A stretch of DNA of 55,962 nt from Candidatus Fervidifonticultor sextus. Lineage in GTDB: Bacteria > Sysuimicrobiota > Sysuimicrobiia > Sysuimicrobiales > Humicultoraceae. Made by a program: the position numbers and the translations under genes. The stretch spans positions 1-55,962 of the forward strand of contig JAVKHQ010000020.1 of the NCBI GenBank assembly GCA_031459875.1, given 5' to 3'. The notes below the pieces were generated by a model. The model had not been told where the DNA came from. It ran no database searches and saw only the letters and a program-made list of their open reading frames with translations. This document shows, piece by piece, positions 48,667 through 55,962 of this stretch. Position 1 is the first letter of the stretch; each line of letters starts with the position of its first letter.

Positions 48667-50223
48667 ATGACCTCACCGCGCTGGACCCTGGTGGCCGCGA
48701 TCGTCGGCTCCGGCATCGTCTTCCTCGACTCCACCGTCGTGAACGTGGCGCTTCCCAGCATCGGCCGGGACCTGCCCACCGCCCTTTTCGGCGTCCTGGA
48801 GGGCCAGTCGTACGTCTACAACGGCTACCTGTTGACGCTGAGCGCGCTGCTCATCCTGGCCGGGGCGCTGAACGACTACTACGGCCGCAGGCGGATCTTC
48901 GCGCTGGGTCTGGCCGGCTTCGCCGTGACCTCGGTCCTCTGTGGCCTAGCGCCGACCATGGAATGGCTGATCCTGTTCCGCATCCTGCAGGGGGCGGCGG
49001 GGGCGCTGCTGGTGCCGGGATCGCTGGCGCTGATCACCGCCACCTTCACGGGCGAGGAGCAGGGGCGGGCCTTCGGGCTGTGGGCGGGAGCGTCGGGAGC
49101 GGCCACCATCCTGGGTCCGGTGATCGGCGGCCTGTTGGTGGATGCGATCTCCTGGCGCATGGCGTTTCTTATCAACGCCCCGCTGCTGGCGTTTGCGCTG
49201 TGGGCGACGCTGGCGCATGTCGGGGAGAGCCGCGACGAGCAGGCTTCCGGGGCCTTCGACTGGCTCGGGGCATTCGTCATCGCCGTGGCAGTCGGCGGGC
49301 TGGCGTTTGGGGCCATCTACGGCCAGCAGCGCGCCTGGCGGGACCCGCTGGCGTTCGTGGTCCTGCCGGTCGGCGCGCTCGCGACGGTGGCGTTCCCCGT
49401 CCTGATGGCACGCTCGCCCAACCCGCTGGTTCCCCCGCACCTGTTCCGGTCGCGCAACTTCACGGTGACCAACCTCTCGACGTTCTTAATCTACGGCGCC
49501 CTCTACGTGACCTTCTACTACGCGCCGTTGTTCATGCAGGGTACGCTGGGCTACACGGCAGCGGCGGTCGGACTGTCCACTATGCCCGCCACACTGTTCC
49601 TGGTGTTCCTCTCGCCACGCTTCGGCGCGCTGGCCGGCCGCTACGGCCCTCGCTGGTTCATGGCGATCGGGCCGGCCATCATGGCGGCGGGGGTTCTCTG
49701 GCTGGCACGCGTGCCGGGCCATTCCGATGGGTGGGTACTCGGGCCCACGGACCTCGCGAGCCTGATCCCGCCGGCCGGCTACCTGGTGGATTTCTTCCCG
49801 GGGTTCGTGGTCTTCGGCCTCGGGGTATGCATCATGGTGGCGCCGCTGACCACCTGCCTGATGACCTCGGTGCCGGCGCGCCACTCCGGCGTCGCCTCGG
49901 CGATCAACAATGCCGTCTCCCGGATCGGCCCCCAGCTGGCGGGGGCGCTCATCTTCGTCGCGATCACGGCGAGCTTCTACGCCGGGCTGGGCGCGCGCGT
50001 GCCGGGACTGGACGTCACCTCGCCCCGCCTGCGCGGCCAGATCGCTCCACTCAACCGGCCGGCCGCCGGCGTGCCGGCCGACCAGGTCGCCGCGGCCCGC
50101 AGCGCGTCCACCGACGCCTTTCACCTAGCGATGCTGATCGGCGCCGGGCTGCTGGCAGCCGGCGCGGTCGTCAACGCGGTGGGGATAGCAAATCCGCCCC
50201 GTCGCCCCCCAACGTCCACCTGA
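48667..50223 (+). CDS. MFS transporter (DHA2 type)
   Basis: FLDSTVVNVALP, GALNDYYGRR, WR.AFLIN. Confidence 0.92.
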   Translation: MTSPRWTLVAAIVGSGIVFLDSTVVNVALPSIGRDLPTALFGVLEGQSYVYNGYLLTLSALLILAGALNDYYGRRRIFALGLAGFAVTSVLCGLAPTMEWLILFRILQGAAGALLVPGSLALITATFTGEEQGRAFGLWAGASGAATILGPVIGGLLVDAISWRMAFLINAPLLAFALWATLAHVGESRDEQASGAFDWLGAFVIAVAVGGLAFGAIYGQQRAWRDPLAFVVLPVGALATVAFPVLMARSPNPLVPPHLFRSRNFTVTNLSTFLIYGALYVTFYYAPLFMQGTLGYTAAAVGLSTMPATLFLVFLSPRFGALAGRYGPRWFMAIGPAIMAAGVLWLARVPGHSDGWVLGPTDLASLIPPAGYLVDFFPGFVVFGLGVCIMVAPLTTCLMTSVPARHSGVASAINNAVSRIGPQLAGALIFVAITASFYAGLGARVPGLDVTSPRLRGQIAPLNRPAAGVPADQVAAARSASTDAFHLAMLIGAGLLAAGAVVNAVGIANPPRRPPTST

Positions 50224-50337
50224 CGGGGCACCCGTCATCCCTGCCCGGGCCGTCAGGGCACAGGCACATTCGCCCTCCAGTTTGTCATAATGGGGTCGGG
50301 GCAACAGACCCCACGGGAGACCTTCAGGGAGACGACC

Positions 50338-51780
50338 ATGCAGGAGTACCCATTCCGGCTCGGCCTGACCTTTGACGACGTCCTCCTGGTGCCGAAGCGC
50401 TCCGGCGTGACCAGCCGGACCCAGGTGGAGACCCGGTCCCTCCTCACCCGGCACATCGAGGTGGCGGTGCCCATCGTCAGTGCCAACATGGATTCGGTCA
50501 CCGAGAGCGAGATGGCCATCGCCATGGCGCGGGAGGGCGGCATCGGCATCATCCACCGGTTCCTGACCGTGGAGCAGCAGGTGGCCGAGGTGCGCCGGGT
50601 CAAGCGGGCGGAGAGCATCGTCATCGAAGAACCGTACAGGTTCGGCCCCACCCGCACCGTGCGCGACGCGGTCACCTTCATGGAGGAGCACGGCTCCGCG
50701 GGGCTGCTGATCGTCGACGGCGACGGGCAACTCCTGGGGATGGTGACGGCCCGCGACCTCCTCTTCGCCGACGGGCAGGACCGGCCCCTGGCCTCGGTGA
50801 TGACGCCCCGGGAGCGGCTCATCACGGCGCCCCCGGACGTCAGCCTGGAGGAAGCGCGGGCGATCCTCCACAGGCACCGCATCGAGAAGCTCCCGCTGGT
50901 GGACGAAGAGGGGCGCCTGACGGGTCTGATCACCAGCCGGGACATCCGCAGCCGCCTCAAACACCCCGACGCCACCAAGGACGCCAAGGGGCGCCTGCGG
51001 GTGGGGGCGGCGGTCGGGATCCGCGGCGACTACCTGGAGCGGGCCGAAGCCGTGGCCGCAGAGGGTGCCGACGTGCTGGTGCTGGATGTGGCCCACGGCC
51101 ACACCGACGCGGCCCTGTCGGCACTGGAGCGGTTGCGCGAGCGGTTCCCCGAGGTAGACCTGGTCGCCGGCAACGTCGCCACCGCCGAAGGGACTGTCGA
51201 CCTGATCGAGCGCGGTGCCGACGCCGTCAAGGTCGGGGTGGGCCCGGGCTCGACCTGCACCACCAGGATCGTCACCGGCGCCGGCGTGCCGCAGCTCACG
51301 GCGATCCTGGACTGCGCCCGTGCCGCGCGAGCGCGTGGGGTGCCGATCATCGCCGACGGCGGCATCCGCAACTCCGGCGACCTGACTAAGGCCCTGGCCG
51401 CGGGCGCCCACACGGTCATGCTGGGGAACCTCCTGGCCGGCACCGAGGAGGCGCCCGGCGCGCTCATCATCCGCAACGGCCGGCAGTACAAGACCTACCG
51501 AGGCATGGCCAGCCTGTGGGCCGCGGCCCGGCGCCACGCCCTCGACGCCCCGGTGGAAGACGAGGACATCAGCCAGATCGTCGCCGAGGGTGTCGAGGCC
51601 ACCGTCCCCTACCGGGGCAAGGTGGCAGACGTGCTGGCCCAGCTCGTCGGCGGCCTGCGGTCGGGGATGAGTTACTGCGGGGCGCGGACGATCCCCGAAC
51701 TCCACGAGAGAGCCGAGTTCATGCAGATCACGCAGGCCGGCATGAAGGAGAGCCTGCCGCACGATGTGGAGCCGCTCTGA
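50338..51780 (+). CDS. guaB: IMPDH/GMP reductase family protein with CBS pair (GuaB-like)
   Basis: [27 protein letters not shown]; the flap lacks the RY dyad, so it may be a GMP reductase. Confidence 0.8.
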   Translation: MQEYPFRLGLTFDDVLLVPKRSGVTSRTQVETRSLLTRHIEVAVPIVSANMDSVTESEMAIAMAREGGIGIIHRFLTVEQQVAEVRRVKRAESIVIEEPYRFGPTRTVRDAVTFMEEHGSAGLLIVDGDGQLLGMVTARDLLFADGQDRPLASVMTPRERLITAPPDVSLEEARAILHRHRIEKLPLVDEEGRLTGLITSRDIRSRLKHPDATKDAKGRLRVGAAVGIRGDYLERAEAVAAEGADVLVLDVAHGHTDAALSALERLRERFPEVDLVAGNVATAEGTVDLIERGADAVKVGVGPGSTCTTRIVTGAGVPQLTAILDCARAARARGVPIIADGGIRNSGDLTKALAAGAHTVMLGNLLAGTEEAPGALIIRNGRQYKTYRGMASLWAAARRHALDAPVEDEDISQIVAEGVEATVPYRGKVADVLAQLVGGLRSGMSYCGARTIPELHERAEFMQITQAGMKESLPHDVEPL

Positions 51781-52145
51781 TGACGACGCTCATTGAGATG
51801 AAGTGCACCGCCTGTCGGGGCGGCGAGCCCACGCTGACCGACGCCGAGATCGCCGAACTGCACCCGCAGGTGCCCGACTGGCGCCTGGTCGAGCGCGACG
51901 GGATCCGGCGCCTGGAGCGTGTCTTCAAGTTCAAGACCTTCGCCCAGGCCCTGGCCTTCACCAACAAGATCGGCGAACTCGCCGAGGCCGAAGGGCACCA
52001 CCCGGCGATCCTGACCGAGTGGGGCCGGGTCACGGTGACCTGGTGGACGCACAAGATCAAGGGGCTCCACCGCAACGACTTCATCATGGCGGCCAAGACG
52101 GACCAGGCGTTCGCCGCGGCGAGCGCCTCGATGCCCCCGGGCTGA
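51780..52145 (+). CDS. phhB: Pterin-4a-carbinolamine dehydratase
   Basis: [27 protein letters not shown]. Confidence 0.93.
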   Translation: MTTLIEMKCTACRGGEPTLTDAEIAELHPQVPDWRLVERDGIRRLERVFKFKTFAQALAFTNKIGELAEAEGHHPAILTEWGRVTVTWWTHKIKGLHRNDFIMAAKTDQAFAAASASMPPG

Positions 52146-52153
52146 GAGACCGG

Positions 52154-52429
52154 TCAGGGCAGCCGGAGCACGACCCAGAGCACCAGCGCCAGGAAGACCG
52201 CGCTGGTGGCCTTGTCCACGACCACGACGGCCGCCTCCTCCGCAGGCGGCGGGCCCCGTCGTACCCGACCCTTGAGGATGTCCTCGAGCGGCCCCACGAC
52301 CCCCACGGCCAGCACCATCACCTGGGAGAGCGGGCTCTCGCCTGTCAGATACCTCTGCATGCCGACCCAGAGGAGCCCGAGGAAGAGAATCAGGTTGATC
52401 AGGTGCAGGATCCTGGCAACAGAGTTCAT
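52154..52429 (-). CDS. Small hypothetical membrane protein
   Basis: Three hydrophobic segments; RBS GGAGGT; fills the intergenic space. Confidence 0.7.
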   Translation of the reverse strand: MNSVARILHLINLILFLGLLWVGMQRYLTGESPLSQVMVLAVGVVGPLEDILKGRVRRGPPPAEEAAVVVVDKATSAVFLALVLWVVLRLP

Positions 52430-52499
52430 CTGTGACCTCCCGGGAGGCCATGCCTATGCCGACAAGGGCTTCCCCCCGCAGCCTCCGAATCCCCTCTCG

Positions 52500-55400
52500 A
52501 TGTCCGAAGTCCGACGAAAGGTCATCACGGCCATCTTCGCCGACCTGGTGGGCTCAACCGAACTCACCGAGCGGCTCGATCCCGAGGAGGCGCGCGAGGT
52601 CGTCGGGCTGTTCTACACCACGGTGCAGCAGGCGGTCGAGCGGTTCGAAGGCACTGTGGCCAATCTTTTGGGCGACGCGGTCCTGGCGGTCTTCGGATTG
52701 CCGGTGGCGCACGAAGACGACCCCGAGCGCGCCGTGCTGGCGGGTCTGGCCATGCGGGACGCCATGGCCGGCCTGAATGAGCGCCTGGCCGCCGGCTATG
52801 AGGTGGACCTCGCCGTCCGCGTCGGGATCAACACGGGGGAGGTCGTGGCGGCCTCGGGCGTCACCTTCGACCGCGACTTCCTCATCGCCGATGCGGTCAC
52901 CACGGCCGCGCGCATCCAGCAGGCGGTCCAGCCAGGCACCGTAGTGGTGGGCGAGCGCACCTACCGCCTGATCCGTCAGCGCTTCGCGTGCCAGGAACTG
53001 CCGCCGCTGGAGGTGAAGGGGAAGGCCGCGCCCCTGCGCGTCTGGGAGGTCGTCGCTCCCCTGGCTGTGCGACAGGAGGCCGCGGGGGTCCCCTCGCCGC
53101 TGGTCGACCGGCAGTTCGAACTCGAGGTCCTGCGCCAGCTCTTCGAGCGCAGCCGCAGCGAAGGGCTGGTCCACCTGGTCACGGTCGTGGGGGAGCCCGG
53201 TGTTGGCAAGAGCCGGCTTTTGCGCGAGTTCCTGGCCGACGCCGCCCGAACCGAGCCGCCACCGCTGGTCCTGCGCGGACGGAGCCCGGCGTTCGGCGGC
53301 CAGATCGGCTACCACGCGCTGCTGGACATCCTGCGGGAGCAAGGCGGGCTCCAGGACACCGATGCCTCCGAGGCCGTCCGCGCGAAACTGAGTGCGTGGC
53401 TGCACCGGGTGCTGCCCGATCACCCCGGCCTCCTCGACGGCCTGCTCGTGACCTTCGGGATGACAGCGGGGGCGCCGGCGGATCCCGAGCAGCTCCGCCG
53501 GGACCTCTTGGCGGCGTGGAGGACGCTGCTCTTTGGCCTGGCCGCGTCCCGACCGGTCGTTGTGGTCTTTGAGGACGTCCACTGGGCCGACGACGGGGTG
53601 CTCGACCTGATCGACTTCCTGGTCACCGGCGCAGACGGCGTCGCGCTCTACCTGGTCTGTCTGGGCCGGCCCGAACTGTTGGAGCGGCGGCCGCATTGGG
53701 GCGGAGGGCGGCGCAACGCCATGACCATCGACCTCCGGCCGCTTCGCCCGCAGCAGACCCGCCAACTGGTGGACGCCCTGGGGCCATCGCTGACTCCGCA
53801 GATACGGGAGACCATCGCCCAGCGAGCCGAGGGCAACCCTCTGTTCGCGGAAGAACTCGTTCGGATGTTTGCCGACCGTGCGGAGGCTGGCCACGTTGGG
53901 GCTGTGGACGTCACCGTCCCTGACACCGTCCAGGCGGTGATCACCGCGCGCATCGACCGGCTGCGGCCCGAGGAGCGCCGGGCCCTGCAGGCAGCGGCGG
54001 TCATCGGCCGGACCTTCTGGCCCTCGGCGGTCGCCGAACTCGCCGCCCTGTCCGTCGAAGAGGCCCGAGGCGCCATCGAGCTCCTGGTGGCCAAGGACCT
54101 GGTCGCCGGACACCAGCCATCGACCATTGCCGGCGAGACGGAGTACGCGTTCCGGCAGACCCTCACCCGCGACGTGGCGTATGGGATGCTGCCGCGCTCG
54201 CAGCGCCAGCGCGCCCACGCCCTGGCGGCCCGATGGCTGGAGGAACGGCTGGGCGAACGCGCCGAGGAGGCGGTAGAGGTCCTGGCCGAACACTTCCGCA
54301 CGGCCGGCGACCACGCGAAGGCGGCGGCCTACCTGCAACGCGCCGCGGCGAAGGCCCGCCGCCTGTACGCCAACCACGATGCCATCCGCCTCTACGACCA
54401 GGCGCTGGAGGCGGCGTCGAAGGCGTCGCTGGCCGAGCAGATTCCCCGGATCGCCCTCGGCCGCGGCGAGGTACACCAGTTGCTCGGCCGGTATCCTGAG
54501 GCGCTGGCCGACTTCGAGATGGGCCTGGCCGGGGCCCAACAGACTGGAGACCGCGCGTTGGAGGTGGTGCTGGAACACCGCATCGGGTTCGTCCACCACC
54601 GCGAAGCCCGACTGGAGGAAGCCGAAGCGCACTTCACGCGCGCCGCGGAGTTGGCACGGGCGCAGGGCGACTGCCAGACGCTCGGTCTCTCGCTGGTGGA
54701 CCTGGCCACGGTCAACTGGGACCGGGGCAGCATGTCGGCCGCGGACCGGATCCTCACCGATGGGATTACCCTCCTGCGGGACCTGGGCGACCGCTCGAGC
54801 CTGGCTCGCGCCCTGAACCTCCGGTGCATGCTGCACCTGGCCCTCGGCAACGGTGCCGAAGCCGTCGCGGCCGCGCAGGAGGCCCTGGTCACCGCACGCG
54901 AGGCCGGCGACCGATCCCGGGAGGCCACCAGCCTCAGCTACCTGAGCGTCGTGCACAACTGGCGGGGGCAGTCCCGGGTCGGCATCCAGTACGCGACGGC
55001 AGCGCTGGCGATCGCGGAATCCATCGGCGACCGCCGACGCATGGCCTACGCCAAGGAGTTCCTGACGCAGGCCCTGACGGACCTGGGCGAGTGGGGCGAG
55101 GGCATCCGCCTCACCCTGGAGTACCTGCCTCTGGCCTACGAGGTAACACCGCAGGAACTCCCCTTCTGCTATACGTTCCTCGGCCTGATGTACTACGAGA
55201 TCGGGGTGTGGGATCGGGCCAGGGAGGCGTTCCGGACTGCCGCAACGTTTCCGACGAGCAGCCCCGGGTGGAGAAAAGTCAGCCTGATGGCGATGGCGTA
55301 TGTGGCCCGCCTCGACCACGACCTCCAAGCGCTCCACCAGGTGCTCGATGAGCTCCTCCCGCTCCCGGTGGGGCAGTTTGTGCCGACCGATGGAGCGGTC

Positions 55401-55790
55401 ATCCTCCCCGTGGCCGAGGCGCTGCGGGACGCGGGCCGCCTCGATGATCTGCCCGGGTTTCTGGCGGACCACGGACCGGTCATCGAGCGGCTGGCGGCCC
55501 CCCCACATCTGGCGGCGCTGGACTTCGCCAGGGCGCTGCTGGCGCTCCGCGACGGCGACCGCCACGCCGCCCGCGCGCACCTGGACGAAGCAGTCCGGCT
55601 GGCGGAGTCGTGCGAGCACGTCATGACGATCCGCCGGGCCCGTGAGGTGCGGCTGGAGGCGTTCAACACCGAAGAAGACCGCCAGGCGCTGCGGGGGCTC
55701 TACGCGCGCATCGCGGACGGCCTGCCCGATGACCTCCGGGAGGTCTTCCTGGCGAGCCCCCGCGTGGCGCCCATCGTCGGGGGGGTCTGA
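52500..55790 (+). CDS. Class III nucleotide cyclase - STAND ATPase - TPR protein
   Basis: FADLVGST, GDAV, GINTGEV; GEPGVGKS, FEDVHWAD, GNPLF; TPR-like C-terminus. Confidence 0.92.
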   Translation: MSEVRRKVITAIFADLVGSTELTERLDPEEAREVVGLFYTTVQQAVERFEGTVANLLGDAVLAVFGLPVAHEDDPERAVLAGLAMRDAMAGLNERLAAGYEVDLAVRVGINTGEVVAASGVTFDRDFLIADAVTTAARIQQAVQPGTVVVGERTYRLIRQRFACQELPPLEVKGKAAPLRVWEVVAPLAVRQEAAGVPSPLVDRQFELEVLRQLFERSRSEGLVHLVTVVGEPGVGKSRLLREFLADAARTEPPPLVLRGRSPAFGGQIGYHALLDILREQGGLQDTDASEAVRAKLSAWLHRVLPDHPGLLDGLLVTFGMTAGAPADPEQLRRDLLAAWRTLLFGLAASRPVVVVFEDVHWADDGVLDLIDFLVTGADGVALYLVCLGRPELLERRPHWGGGRRNAMTIDLRPLRPQQTRQLVDALGPSLTPQIRETIAQRAEGNPLFAEELVRMFADRAEAGHVGAVDVTVPDTVQAVITARIDRLRPEERRALQAAAVIGRTFWPSAVAELAALSVEEARGAIELLVAKDLVAGHQPSTIAGETEYAFRQTLTRDVAYGMLPRSQRQRAHALAARWLEERLGERAEEAVEVLAEHFRTAGDHAKAAAYLQRAAAKARRLYANHDAIRLYDQALEAASKASLAEQIPRIALGRGEVHQLLGRYPEALADFEMGLAGAQQTGDRALEVVLEHRIGFVHHREARLEEAEAHFTRAAELARAQGDCQTLGLSLVDLATVNWDRGSMSAADRILTDGITLLRDLGDRSSLARALNLRCMLHLALGNGAEAVAAAQEALVTAREAGDRSREATSLSYLSVVHNWRGQSRVGIQYATAALAIAESIGDRRRMAYAKEFLTQALTDLGEWGEGIRLTLEYLPLAYEVTPQELPFCYTFLGLMYYEIGVWDRAREAFRTAATFPTSSPGWRKVSLMAMAYVARLDHDLQALHQVLDELLPLPVGQFVPTDGAVILPVAEALRDAGRLDDLPGFLADHGPVIERLAAPPHLAALDFARALLALRDGDRHAARAHLDEAVRLAESCEHVMTIRRAREVRLEAFNTEEDRQALRGLYARIADGLPDDLREVFLASPRVAPIVGGV

Positions 55791-55962
55791 GGGCGCGCGC
55801 AGGCCCGTCCCGGTCGTGCAGCGCCGACACAGGCTGTCGGCGCCCTGCGGCCGAAGATCACGTTCGGTGGCGCCGCACCGCGAGCGCGGCCGCCAGCGCC
55901 GCGCCGCACGCCGGTGCCACGCCGGCCAGGCCAAACATCGCCGGCAGGCCCAGCATCCGCCC

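Noticed and set aside
50281..50337. Purine riboswitch upstream of the guaB-like gene
   Set aside because: Only a simple GGGGTC/GACCCC hairpin; the purine aptamer core is absent
45867..55790. Single purine-signalling supercluster (riboswitch, HD-GYP, GuaB-like, cyclase)
   Set aside because: Interrupted by unrelated and oppositely oriented genes; proximity alone is not evidence
52554..55934. 1126-aa antisense ORF, and similar long shadow ORFs (13228-15687 +, 35464-37668 +, 5030-6919 +)
   Set aside because: They lie opposite well-supported genes, have no motifs, and are expected in high-GC DNA
1..55962. CRISPR array, cas genes, tRNA, rRNA, prophage or integrase
   Set aside because: No regularly spaced repeats or recognisable motifs seen by eye, so the HEPN and beta-CASP genes are not CRISPR-linked within this window

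Overview
High-GC bacterial chromosomal window, densely coding, with about 55 genes. I found no rRNA, tRNA or CRISPR array. All protein calls come from motif recognition in the translations; no database search was run. From left to right the window holds: a decayed IS1380 element; small redox and stress genes; a carbohydrate-type ABC transporter flanked by two glycerophosphodiester phosphodiesterases; FdhF/YdeP plus FdhD; an RNase J-like beta-CASP nuclease converging on an overlapping four-gene operon (AbrB-nucleotidyltransferase fusion, HEPN, XPB-like helicase, DUF790/Bax1 nuclease); two convergent catabolic operons of about 14 kb in total; a SagB-type oxidoreductase; vapBC coupled to thrC; MFS, dipeptidase and MBL genes; a c-di-GMP-I riboswitch with terminator ahead of a degenerate HD-GYP gene; lhgO; a GuaB-like gene that may be a GMP reductase; and a class III cyclase-STAND-TPR protein. 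The best candidates for undescribed biology are the AbrB-MNT/HEPN/XPB/Bax1 (+beta-CASP) module, the riboswitch-controlled 'HE-GYP' protein, and the catabolic island headed by an M20 protein lacking most metal ligands.
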